Positions 25,756-38,097 of a stretch of DNA of 64,000 nucleotides are shown here, in pieces. The position numbers and the translations under genes are program-made. Origin of the DNA: Geosiphon pyriformis uo1. Its lineage: Eukaryota; Fungi; Glomeromycota. Under the pieces are notes generated by a model that was not told the origin of the DNA, searched no databases, and saw only the letters and a list, made by a program, of their open reading frames with translations. The stretch's first letter is position 1. Every line of letters begins with the position of its first letter. The DNA lies in assembly GCA_016748015.1 (NCBI GenBank), contig JAAOMT010000295.1, positions 806,001 through 870,000 on the forward strand, given 5' to 3'.

Positions 25756-28348
25756 AAAAAAACCCTTTTTATGCTTTTAACCTAACTGATGATGACCATA
25801 ACATGAATGAACTAACAATTAACACTTTTGAATCAACAAGAAAGAAGAAGAAAGCCAAAGTTGATTTCATTATAGATCCAAAAAAAGTCTCCATATCAAC
25901 TGTTGATAATAATAAGCCACTAAAGACTAAAGTTTTCAAAAATCCTCCAAAGTTGGAACCCCCAGAAATTGTACAAAAGTCTGGACCCTATTCTGTTGTC
26001 AAAGATCTCATGGAAACACCTGCTCACATTACCTTTGGCCAGTTAATAACCCACCCCCAATTCAGAAAAGACCTTCACAAGTTATTGATTCCAAAGAAAA
26101 AGACACCAAAGACCAATAAATGCCCATGCCAAGCTAGACTTGCTGACAACAGCAATGTTACCCCTCTCATTTGTAAAGCCCAAGTGGCTGGTTATTTCAT
26201 TGATCTGATTTTAGACAGTAGATCATCTATTAGCATCATTGTCAAACACTTTCTAGAAGCAATTGACAGAAAGATTAATAAACTATTCACAAGACCAATA
26301 ACCAATATACATAGTAACAAGAAGAAAGACCTGGGCATAGCCAAAGCTATTCCTGTTCGCATCAATGGTATTAGCATTGAAACTAATATGGAAGTATCTA
26401 AAGCAAAAAAATACACCATTATTGTTGGTAATGAATGATTTAAGAAAACCAAAGCATTACTTGATTATGAATTTTGTGAGCTAACCATCAGATGTGGTGA
26501 GAAACCTATTGTGGTTAAATGTTAACATTGGACAACTCCTTCAGTACCCAAGCAGAACCAAGAAAAACAATCAAATGAATCAGATAATGATGAGAGCAAT
26601 AATGAAAAAGATCAAGAAAAATCAGAAAAAACTGCTGAACTCACTTATACCATCTTCACCAGCAATGGCAAGCCACTGGACAATGTTAAAGCTGACAAAA
26701 AAGAAATCATAGTAAATGGCAAGCTGATCTGCTGGCCCTACTATAATATCCTCAAAAGAACCTTTGATAGAAAACCTGGCAAGAAAGCCAAATACAGTTA
26801 TTGGTAGCATGGCTCTTGTGCATGGTGCTGGTGTAATAAATCTTTGTATTCACCAAGTGATGAATGCAAATTCTGCCTGATCTATTACAAAGATTGGAAA
26901 CCAATTAGCTTGATACCCAGAAAAGAACTAAAAGAAGTACAGAAGTTCTTTGAGAATAAACCACCTAAAATCCAATCACTAATTGTAGAACAAAGAGAAC
27001 TTTCTCCTGGAGAAAGAAAAGTGAACATTGAAAATCTGTTGGCTAGAAATAGCCCAGTTATCTCAAAAGAAAGTGATATTCCTGGACAAACCCATGTAAT
27101 ACAACACACCATCACCACCAAAGAAACTTGCTCCATCTATTTGAAGCCTTATCAATCCAATCAACACAATGATGAGTTTATCAAGAAAGAGATAAACTGA
27201 ATGAAAAATTTTGGATTCATACAAGAAACCAAGAGTCAATGAGTTTTTCCAGTTGTAGTGGTATCCAAGAAAGTTGGAACTCTATGCTTCTGTATTGACT
27301 ACTACCAACTAAATGCCATTACTACAAAAGACATGTACCCACTCCCCAAAATTGATGCAATGCTAGATAAATTTAATGGTGCTGCTTTCTTCTCAACCAT
27401 TGACTTAACTGCTGGATTCTGGCAAATAGAGATGGATCCAGAAAGCAGAAAAAAAACTGCCTTCATCACCAAGTATGGCACCTATGAATTCACAGTCATG
27501 TCTTTTGGTCTCACCAATACTCCTCCCACCTTTCAATGCCTAATAGATAAAGTGTTTAAATCAGTAAAAAAAAACTTTGTTCTGGTTTACTTGGATGACA
27601 TAATGGTATATTCAAAAACCTGAAATGAACATCTTGAACATTTACATAAGATTTTTGACCTGCTCAGAAATGCTGGTCTTAAGATCAACCCAATTAAATC
27701 TTTTTTTGGACACCAATCCACCCAGTTTTTTGGTCATTTTATTATATTAGACAACCAATGAATGTTCCTGAACTACACTTTTTTTTCAGTTTGGCCTCTT
27801 ACTATCAAAAATTTGTCAAAGATTTCTCCAAAATTGCCTTTCCTCTCAATCAGCTACTTAAGAAAAATGTCAATTATCATTGAGGCACTCATCAACAAAA
27901 AGCTTTTGAATTTCTGAAAAAAAAACATGTTACTGAACCAATTCTCAAGCAACCTGATCTGGACCAACCTTTCATCCTCCATACTAATACATTTGACTAT
28001 AGACTTGGTGCTGTCCTTTCACAGAAAAACGAAAATGCCAGAAAACATGTCATAGCATATGCCAGCAAATCCCTTACACCAGCTGAAAAGAATTATTCAG
28101 TTATTGAACAAGAATGTCTAGCAGTAGTTTGGGCTACTAACTACTGAGATCAATATCTTCTTGGTGCAAAATTCTTAGGAGTAACAGATCATCAAGCTTT
28201 GGTTTGGCTGCACAAGAAAAAGAAACTGGAACACAAACAAATAACTCACTGGATACTCTATTTGGATAAATTCGACTATAATATTCAACACTGCAAAGGA
28301 GCAAATCATCAAAACGCTGATGCTTTATCTAGACTTACTATCCAGTGA
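25707..28348 (+). pseudogene. pol: pol of B (PR, Cys/Trp-rich domain, RT, RH)
   Basis: LILDSRSS and YLDD motifs; small deletion at ~27745; ends LTIQ*. Confidence 0.9.
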
Positions 28349-28412
28349 CAGTACAACCTCTCAAACCAAACCAAATTAATTATTAGTAACTTCTTCACAA
28401 ACAAACACAATA

Positions 28413-29726
28413 ATGGACTTAAATAACTACTCTGCCTTAATAGAATTTTTGGGTAAAGAATAATACCCACCTGAATACACTTGACAGCAAAGAAAACATT
28501 TGTGCAAACAATCAAATTTTTATTTAATCTGTCAGAACCAATTATACAAAAGAAACAGAAAAGATCCTAACCACCCTCAAAGAGTTATCAAATTTGAAAA
28601 AAGAGAAATTGTAATATACAACATGCACACTGACTTATTAGCTAGACACTTTGGAAAAACAAAGACAATTCAGAAAACTTTAGCTCGCTATTATTGGCCT
28701 ACCTTGGAAAAAAACATTGCTGAATACATCAAAACCTGTGATATTTGCCAAAAAAGAGGCAAACCCAATCACAAAGAAGATATCCATCCAATCTCTGTTG
28801 GTTAACTATTTGACAGAATTGGTATAGATATTGTTAGATCTTTAACAATAACTCCTGATGGCAACAGATATATTATTACAGCTACCGACTATCTTACAAA
28901 GTGGGTAAAAGCAAAAGCTACCTCAGACCAAACAGCAGTCTCAATAGCCAATTTCATTTATAAAGATATTATCTGCTGTCATGGCTGCCCTAAAAAACTT
29001 TTATCTGATAAAAGAAGAGCTTTTCTCAGTACACTGGTTAAAGAACTTTGTAGAAAAATGGGAATACATCATAAACTTTCCTCTTCTTATTACCTTTAAA
29101 CAAATGGCCTAGTAGAATGTTTCAATAGAACATTATGTAAAACCCTAGCCAAAACCAGTAAAGAAACAAACTTATGGGACAAAGTACTGCCTTCAGCTTT
29201 GTTTGCTTATAGAATTGTAAATTATGACATAACAAGTTATGAACTTTTTTATCTGCTTTATGGACACATGGCAATACTACCAATAGAAACTAATATTGAA
29301 ACAATACCCTTTGAAGAGATCACAATAAGGAATTACAAAGACATTTTGCAAAGAAAACTTGGTACCATTCTTGACTCCTTGGTAGAAGCACAAATAATTG
29401 TTTTTGAAAAGATAAAACAGTTCTAAAAAAAGCTTAAGAAAAAGAAAACCTATAAAACACTTTCTTTAAGTGTTGGTAATTTGGTATTGGAATATTATTC
29501 AGACAGAGACAATGTTTATGGTAATAAATTCTCTAGCTAGTGGAAAGAACCCTTTATAGTCAACAAAGTTTTGAACAATGGTTCTTATATTCTTCAAGAT
29601 CAATCCAGAACAATCTTCAATAATCATCCTGTTTATGGTATATAACTGAAGAAATACCATAAACAACCTGATTGGCTGCCTGTTGTGGTAATACCGACTC
29701 AAATGATCAGCAAAAATCAAGTATAA
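28413..29726 (+). pseudogene. Integrase of B (separate ORF)
   Basis: ATG GAC TTA start, HHCC and DDE remnants. Confidence 0.85.
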
Positions 29727-30275
29727 ATAAATGCACCATTTCCAAAACAGAGGTATCTTTAATCAACATAAACAATTATTTTCTGAATCAAAACATTTAA
29801 ATGTCTTCTATATTCTTCATAAGTATTGGATCAAAAACTATTCAAATACTACTCTGACTATTGGAAAACAAACCACTATAACTGATAACAATAGAACACA
29901 TACTGTTATTAGACCAAAGAAAACCACTACTAGAAGAAAAAAAATTAGTAGTAAAATGGATAAATATCTGTTAGAAAGTATAACAGCAGCTATACTCCCA
30001 CCTTCCAACACAATTGGAAAAACACTTCAAGAAATCTTACTTATAGACAAAAACTTGTTATATAGAAGGCAATTAGAACTCTATGGTCATCTTGGTGAAA
30101 TCATAGAGAATATGAAACTCATAAAGAAAACAACTTCAGAGATACAGGCAGAAATTTTGGGCATTATACAGTTAGATGTCCCAAGAGTTTTAACTATTGC
30201 TAAAAAAGCCAAAACTCTAATACAAAAATTTGGTCTCTTGGATACAAAACTCATTTCACCTCAAGTATTATATAC

Positions 30276-30977
30276 TATTACAGGTTGGAGTAACAAGCTA
30301 ATAGATAGCAAGGGAGAACAGTATTGTATGATGATAGAAATAAACAAAGAAGGAATTACAATAAGAGAGTGAATTGAATAAGTAGGAATTCAATGTGTGT
30401 GATCAGTCTCATAAAAATCACAGTTATTAATCTTTTCTTAAATCTGAAGGTAGAGGAATAGTCCGTAATTGTCAACAAGATAACACCGCTGCTATTATTC
30501 TATGCCTCAACTCGGCAATTCTTAGAATCAATAACAGATATCATTGTACTTTTTAATCGTTTCTTTATTCAATAAATTACAAGAGCAAGCCAATTGCTTC
30601 TCAGACTAATTCTAACAAATACAAATCAAGAAGGGGAAAAGATAAGGTATGTGAATGCCAACAAGTAGATACTTAAAGGTAAGGAAAGGGAAATAAGCAA
30701 TTATGAGAGAAAGTAATTGATATTGTTTATTTTGTTACTTTGATCATGTCTTTCTACAGCTAAGGGAATCATCACTTATATAGCTATCTAAAGTGGTCAA
30801 CGACCAAGTCAACAATCAGGTTAATGATCAGGTCATTGATCAGGTCAATGATCAGGTCAATGGTTAGGTCATTGATCAGGTCAACGATCACTATCTAAAA
30901 ATAGAGTGGCTAATTATATGACATCAGTGACTAATACATGTGATAATTAATAAAAACTATGTGTTTCAATCATAACA
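30276..30977 (-). repeat. 3' LTR of E (702 bp)
   Basis: Matches 37311-37976 apart from transitions and three extra 12-bp units. Confidence 0.95.
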
Positions 30978-31603
30978 TCATCCTCTCCAAAGAGATTGAG
31001 CTCCAGCGAAATCAAACTATTTATGGGATAGTCTATGTAAAAAGTTTTGTCTAACTCAAAACTAACTAGTTTGTTGAAGTCTTTTGTGAATAGAGTATAT
31101 AGTACTTGAGGTGAAATAAGCTTTGTATCCAAGAGACCAAATCTTTGTATTAGAGTTCTGGCTTTTCTAGCAATGATCAAAACTCTTGAGACATCCAATC
31201 GTATAATGCCCAAAATTTCCACTTGTATCTCTGAAGTTGTTTTCTTCATGAGCTTCATGTCTTCTATGATTTCACCAAGACGACCATAGAGTTCTAGTTG
31301 TTTTCCATATGACAAGTTTTTGTCTATGGGCAAAATTTCTTGTATTGTTTTTCCAATTGTGCTGGAAGGTGAAAGTATTGTTGCTGTTATGCTTTTCAGC
31401 AGGTATTTATCCATTTTGCCACCAATTCTTTCTCTTTTGGTAGTTGTTTTCTTTGGTCTAATAACAGTGTGAGTTCCACTGTTGTCTGTTATAGTGGTTT
31501 GTTTTCCGATAGTCAGAGTAGCATTTGGATAGTTCTTGATTCGGTACTCATGGAGAGTATAGAAAGCATTTTGAATGTTTTGATCCAGAAAATAATTGTT
31601 TAT
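30947..31603 (-). CDS. Accessory ORF of E (~218 aa, unknown function; start codon decayed to ATA)
   Basis: Uninterrupted frame that is conserved in A' and B. No obvious signal peptide or TM helix. The stop lies inside the LTR. Confidence 0.7.
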   Translation of the reverse strand: MNNYFLDQNIQNAFYTLHEYRIKNYPNATLTIGKQTTITDNSGTHTVIRPKKTTTKRERIGGKMDKYLLKSITATILSPSSTIGKTIQEILPIDKNLSYGKQLELYGRLGEIIEDMKLMKKTTSEIQVEILGIIRLDVSRVLIIARKARTLIQRFGLLDTKLISPQVLYTLFTKDFNKLVSFELDKTFYIDYPINSLISLELNLFGEDDVMIETHSFY

Positions 31604-31650
31604 GTTAATTGAAGATATCTCTGTTTTGGGAATGGTGCATTTATTTATAT

Positions 31651-32964
31651 CTAACTTTTGCTGATCATTTGGGTCAGTATTACCACAACAGGTAACCAAT
31701 CAGGTCGTTTGTGATATTTCTTAAGTCACATGCCATGAACAGGGCGATCACTGAATATTGTTCCATATTGATTTTGTAAGATATAAGAACCATTGTTCAA
31801 AACTTTGTTGACTATAAAGAGTCTTTTCCACCGGCTAGAGAATTTATCACCATAGACATTGTCTCTGTCTAAATGGTATTCCAAAACTAAGTCACCAACA
31901 CTTAAGGAAAGTGTTTTATAGGTCTTTTTCTTTTTGAGCTTCTTTTGGAACTGTTTTATCTTTTCAAAGACAATTATCCATGCTTCTACTAATGAGTCAA
32001 GAATGGTACCAAGTCTTCTTTGCAAAATGTCCTTGTAATCTTCTATTGTTATTTCTTCAAAAGGTATTGTTTCTATATCCATTTTTATTGGTAGAGTTGC
32101 CATTTGTCCATAGAGCAAATAAAAGAGTTTATAACTTGTTATGTTATGATTCACAGTTCTGTAAGCAAACAAGACTGAAGGCAATACTTTGTCCCATAGG
32201 TTGGTTTCTTCACTGGTTTTGGCTAGGGTTTCACATAGTGTTCTATTGAAACGTTCTACTAGGTCATTTGTTTGGGGGTGATAAGGGGAAGAGAGTTTAT
32301 GATGTATTCCTATTTTTCTGCAAAGTTCTTCAACCAGTGTATTGAGAAAAGCTTTTTCTCTATCAGATAAAAGTTCTTTGGGACAGCCGTGGCAATAGAT
32401 AATATCTTCATAAATAAAATTGGCAATAGAAACTACTGTTTGATCTGGGATGGCTCTTGCTTCTACCCACTTTGTAAGATAGTCGGTAGCTGTGATAATG
32501 TATCTGTTGCCATCAGGAGTTACTGTTAAAGGTCCAACAACATCTATACCAATTCTATCAAATGGTTGACCAACAAAGATTGGACGGATATCTTTCTTGT
32601 GATTGGGTTTTCCTCTTCTTTGGCAGGTATCACAGGTTTTGATGTATTCAGCAATGTCTTTTCCCAAGGTAGGCCAATAATAACGAGCTAAAGTTTTCTG
32701 AATTGTTTTTGTTTTTCCAAAGTGTCCAGCTAATAGATCAGTGTGCATATTGTAGATCACAATTTCTCTTTCTTCAAATCTAATGACTCTCTGGGGGTGG
32801 TCAGGATTTTTTCTATTTCTTTTATATAACTGGTTCTGGCAAATCAAATAGAAATTTGATTGTTTGTGCAAATGTTCTCTTTGCTGTCGAGTATAGTTTG
32901 GCAGGTATTGTCCTTTACCCAAAAATTTCATTAAAGCAGAGTAGTTGTCCAAGTCTATTATCAT
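31651..32964 (-). CDS. Integrase of E (separate ORF; premature TGA at 31726)
   Basis: HTDLLAGH...CDTC; GIDVVGP / LLSDR / LVERFN catalytic triad; C-terminal NGSY...VHG. Confidence 0.93.
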
Positions 32965-33023
32965 GTTTGTTTGTGGGGGAGTTACAAATAATTAAGTTGG
33001 TTTGGTTTGAGAGGGTTTTACTA

Positions 33024-35717
33024 TCACTGGATGGTAAGTTTGGAGAGAGCGTCGGTATTTTGATGATTAGCTCCTTTGTGGTGTTGAATGTCATAGTCGA
33101 ATTTGTCCAAGTGGAATATCCAGTGAGTTATCTGTTTATGTTCCAGGTTTCTTTTGTTGCGTAGCCAAACCAAAGCTTGGTGATCTGTTACCACCAAAAA
33201 TTTCACACCCTTAAGATATTTGTCCCAGTAGCTGGTAGTCCAAACTACTGCTAAGCATTCTTGCTCAGTGACTGAGTAGTTCTTTTCTGCTGGTGTGAGA
33301 GTTCTACTGGCATATGCTACAGCATGTTCTCTGTTATCTTCATCTTTTTGGGAAAGAACAGCACCAAGTCCATAGCCAGATGTATCAGTGTGGAGGATAA
33401 AAGGTTGATCCAAATTAGGTTGCATGAAGATGGGTTCTGTAACCAGTTTTTCCTTCAGAATTTCAAATGCTTTTTGTTGATGAATGCCCCAGTGATAATT
33501 GATGTTTTTCCTAAGTAGCTGATTGAGAGAAGCAGCAATTTTGGAGAAATCCTTGACAAACTTGCGATAATAAAAGGCCAAACCAAGAAAAGAGCGTAGT
33601 TCATAAACATTTATTGGTTGTCTAATGTTTTGAACTTTTTCAATTTTGGCTGGATCAGGGAAGATTCCATCTTTTGTAATAAAATGGCCAAGGAACTGGA
33701 TGGATTGACATCCAAAGAATGATTTGATTGGATTGATCTTGAGACCAGCATTTCTAAGGAGGTCAAAAACCTTTTGCAAATGTTCAAGATGTTCATCCCA
33801 AGTTTTTGAGTATATCATTATGTCGTCCAAGTAGACTAGAACAAAGTTTTCTTTTACTGATTCAAATACTTTGTCCATTAAGCGTTGAAATGTGGGAGGA
33901 GCATTTGTGAGACCAAAAGGCATAACTGTGAATTCATAGGTACCATACTTGGTGATGAAAGCAGTTTTCTTTCTGCTTTCTGGATCCATCTCTACTTGCT
34001 AGAATCCAGTAGTTAAGTCAATGGTTGAGAAGAAAGCGGCACCATGGAATTGGTCTAGCATTGCATCAATCTTGGGAAGTGGATACATGTCTCTTTCAGT
34101 AATGGCATTTTATTGGCAATAGTCAACACAAAAGCATAGGGTTCCTCTTTTCTTGAATACCACTACAACTGGGAATGCCCATTCATTCTTGGTTTCCTGT
34201 ATGAATCCAAGGGTTTTCATTCGGGTTATTTTCTTTTTGATAAACTCATCATTGCACCAGTTGGATTGATAGGGCTTCAAATAGATGAGGCGAGTTTCTC
34301 TGGTGATGATGGTGTGTTGTATCACATGTGTACGTCCAGGAGGTTCACCTTCTTTTGAGATAACTGGGCTGTTTCTAGCCAGCAGGTTTTCAATGTCTAC
34401 TTTTTTTTCTTCTGGAGAGGGTTTTTTTTGTTCTACAACCAGTGATTGAATTTCAGGTGGTTCGTTTTCAAAGGACTTTTGGACTTCTTTTATTTCTTCT
34501 CGGGGTATCAAGCTGATTGGTTCCCAATCTTTGTAATAGATCAGGCAGGACATGCATTTATCGCTAGGAGAATACAATAGTTTGTCGCACCAGCACCAGG
34601 CACAAGGACCATGCTACCAATAACTGTATTTGGCTTTCTTGCCTGGCTTTCTGTCAAAGGTTCTTCTGAGCATGTCATAATAAGGCCAGCAGATCAGCTT
34701 GCCATTGACAATGATTCCTTTTTTATCTGTCTTGACATTATCCAGTGGTTTGCTATTGCTAGTGAAGATGATATAGACGAGTTCAGTAGTTTCTTCTTGT
34801 TCTTCTTGTTCTTCTTTTTCCTCACTTTTTTCATCATCTGATTCATCTGATTCATTTTTTTCTGGGCTCTGCTTGGGTACTGGGGGAGTTGTCCAATGGC
34901 AACATTTAACCACAATGGGTTTCTCACCACATCTGATGGTTAGTTCACAGAGTTCATAATCAAGCAAAGCCTTTGCTTTCTTGAGCCATTTATTGCCAAC
35001 AATGATGGTGTATTCTTTTACTTCAGACACTTCTATATCAGTTTTAATGCTGATGCCATTGATGCGGACAGGAATAGCTTTGGCTATGCCAAGCCCTTTT
35101 TTCTTATTACCATGCACATTGGTCATTGGTCGTGTGGATGGTTCATCAATTTTTCTGCCAATTGCTTCAAAAAAGTGTTTGGCAATAACACTAACAGATG
35201 ATCCACTGTCTAGGATCAAATTGATAAAGTAGCCAGCCACTTGGGCTTTACAAATTAGAGAAATGACATTGCTATTGTCAGCAAGTCCAGCTTGGCGAGG
35301 GCGTTTGTTGGTTTTGAGTGTCTTTTTTTTTGGAATCAGGGATTTGCGAAGATCTTTTCTGAATTGTGGATGGGTCATCAATTGGCCAAAAGTTATATGT
35401 GCTGGGGTTTCCATAAGGTCTTTGACAACAGAATAGGGACCGGATTTTTGTATTATTTCTGGAGGTTCCAACTTTGGAGGGTTCTTGAAAACTTTGGCTT
35501 TTGGGGGCTTATTGTTGTCAGCAGTTGATGTAGAAGCTTTATTGGGGTCTAGAACGAAATCAACTTTGGCTTTTTTTTTCTTTCTTGTGGATTCAGAGGG
35601 GTTGATTGCTAATTCATCCATGTCATGGTCATCATCAGTTAAGTTAAAAGTGTAAAAGGAGTTTTTTTCTGGTTGGCTTGCACTCTCACCCTTTGGAGGT
35701 GCACCTACTAGTTTAAA
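33024..35717 (-). pseudogene. pol: pol of E: PR, Cys/Trp-rich domain, RT, RNase H (a few nonsense stops, one frame)
   Basis: LILDSGSS; VYLDD; HTDTSGYGLGAVL; EQECLA; VTDHQAL. Confidence 0.95.
35670..35717 (-). promoter_or_regulatory. Putative -1 frameshift signal of E
   Basis: TTTAAAC at 35717-35711, followed by a TGCAC...GTGCA stem. The frames fit a -1 shift. Confidence 0.8.
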
Positions 35718-37258
35718 AGCTGATAAGCAGTGGCTTCAACTAGGGGATCCTCTCCAAAGAAATTGATGTTGGCATGATTGGGTCTTTGGTTGGGCACATT
35801 GTTGTTGTTGATCCTGTTGTTCTGAGCATCATTGTTTCTGAGGACTGGTGGAGGCAGTAGAAGATTGTTGCAATCTCTTGAAAAGTGTCCAGTTAATCCA
35901 CAGCGATAGCATACAAGTGGGCCATGATTTTGTTGTCTTTGATAAGGTGGTTGCTGGAGCTAATTGAAGCATGGTTCAAATCTGGGTCTTTGTGGTTGCT
36001 GATTTTCTCTGACTGCTTGGGCTAAGAGTTCTAATAACCGAGCAAGATTTGCTGTGAGTCTGTCTATTAACTGTTCATTTGGATCTTGAGTGTGAGTGGC
36101 AAAAGAAGTAGCAGCCATTTGAGGAGCAGGAGTCAAGACAGGAACAGAAGCAAAAACTGGTAGTGTAGATCCCAAGTGCATCCTTTGGTTGTCTTCAATT
36201 CTTTGTGCTAATTCAATGGCCATATCTATGGTGGGATTATCTTTTAGGGCCAAAAGGGGCCAAAGAGCATATGATAGATCAGTTCTCAATCCTTTTGTAA
36301 AGGAGTGAATTTTCTGCTCTTCTGTCCAATTTCTTCTAGTGTCTACTCGTTTGATTAACTTTCTGATTGCTTTGGCGTATTTGGTTACAACTTCACCGGG
36401 ATCTTGGGTTCTTCTTTCCAATTCCATACACCATTTTGATATTAATATTGGGGTTTTGAACTTGTTTTCAAACCGGGTAGTGAAAGAAGTGTTGATTTCT
36501 CCCACATTTGCTGGTGTCCATCTAACGATTCTTTGCTGGGCATTGGCATCTGTTTCTTGTGAGAACCAGGTAGCAGGGGATTCTTAAAGGTAGCCACTGA
36601 CAATTTGGAACTTGTATTCATCATCATATTGATTGGCTGTAGCAGCTCTTTCAAAGTCATCCAACCATTCAATTGGATCTTGTACATCACCTCTAAATAA
36701 TGGTATTGGGGTGTTGTTTCTTTGCCCTAGAGCAGTTTGTATACCTTGAAGGGCAGCCAGAATGTTTGCTTGCATGAGGTCATTAGCCATTGGTTCAGGG
36801 GTAACTGTTTGTGTAGACGAGTCTGATTCACTTGATAAAAGATCAAAAACAGGGGCAGTTTGGTAGTTTTCTTCTTTTGTTTCAAAGAGAGTTTCAGTTG
36901 CTTGATGGGCAGCAATCCAAATGTGAATTTGATGATTCAGATATTCGAAATCAGAGGGCTGTTGTTCAAAGGTTGCAAAATATAAGAGCTGATTGATACT
37001 GTTGTTTCTTTCTTCAAAGTCATTTTCAAAATAAGTTTGGTCAAAGTAATAAGTTGTATAAGCTGTGTAGGTTTCAGCTAAATGCTTGTTCAGGAACCAG
37101 TTTCAAAAGTCTTGGAATTGTCTACTGGATTGTTCTTTAAGAGGGAAGCAGATCAAGCAGGAGGGCAAAGGATTAAGTTCAATAAAACTTTGATTGTTTT
37201 TGTTGTGTGCTGCAAAGTGTTTTTCTGATTGCTGTGGCAGATATGAGTAATCACCCAT
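35705..37258 (-). pseudogene. gag: gag of E
   Basis: Starts MGDY and stays in one frame. Contains DPIEWLDDFERAA and the knuckle CYRCGLTGHFSRDC. Confidence 0.92.
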
Positions 37259-37310
37259 ACAATGAAGGAATAAGTGAATTTTGACAACCTCACAGAAAGC
37301 ACCACTTTTA

Positions 37311-37976
37311 TGTTACGGGTTGGAGTAACAAGCTAACGGATAGCAAGGGAGAATAGTATTATATAGTAATGGAAATAAACAAAGAAAGAATTACAATAAG
37401 GAAGCGAATTAAATAAGTAGAAATTCAATGTGTGTGATCAGTCTCATAAAAATCACAGTCGCTAATCTTTTCTTAAATCTGAAGGTAGAGGAATAGTCCA
37501 TGATTGTCAACAAAATAACACCGCTACTATTATTCTATGCCTCAACTCGGCGATTCTTAGAATCAATAACAGATATCATTGTACTTTTTAATCATTTCTT
37601 TATTCAATAAATTACAAGAGCAAGCCAATTGCTTCTCAGGCTAATTCTAACAAATACAAATCAAGAAGGGGAAAAGATAAGGTATGTGAATGCCAACAAG
37701 TAGATACTTAAAAGTAAGGAAAGGGGAATAAGCAATTATGAGAGGAAGTAATTGATATTGTTTATTTCATTACTTTAATCATGTCTTTCTACAGCTAAAG
37801 GAATCATCGCTTATATAGCTATCTAAAGTGGTCAATAACCAGGTCAATGATCAGGTCAATGATCAGGTTATTGATCAGGTCAATGATCACTATCTAAAAA
37901 TAGAATGGCTAATTATATGACATCAGTGGCTAATACATGTAATAATTAATAAAAACTATGTGTTTCAACTGTAACA
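37311..37976 (-). repeat. 5' LTR of E (666 bp)
   Basis: TGTTAC...GTAACA; followed on the minus strand by the PBS. Confidence 0.95.
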
Positions 37977-38097
37977 ATACTTTATCCACAAAAAACTTTA
38001 ACAAACTAGTTAGCTTTGAGTTAGATAAAACTTTTCAAATAGATTACTCCATGAATAGCTTGATTTCACTGAAGCTCAATCTCTTTGGAGAGGATAA

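Larger units (their letters stand above)
30276..37976 (-). mobile_element. Full-length Ty3/gypsy element E (youngest, best preserved; 7.7 kb)
   Basis: LTRs at 37311-37976 and 30276-30977, perfect TSD ATAC, PBS at 37288-37304, PPT GGAGAGGATGA. Confidence 0.97.

Noticed and set aside
29731-30372. 213-aa ORF as a distinct gene
   Set aside because: Its N-terminus arises from a 1-nt deletion and its C-terminus from the inserted E LTR. Only the middle is the accessory ORF.
30947-31699. Calling the downstream ORF env
   Set aside because: No signal peptide, transmembrane anchor or cysteine pattern is visible.
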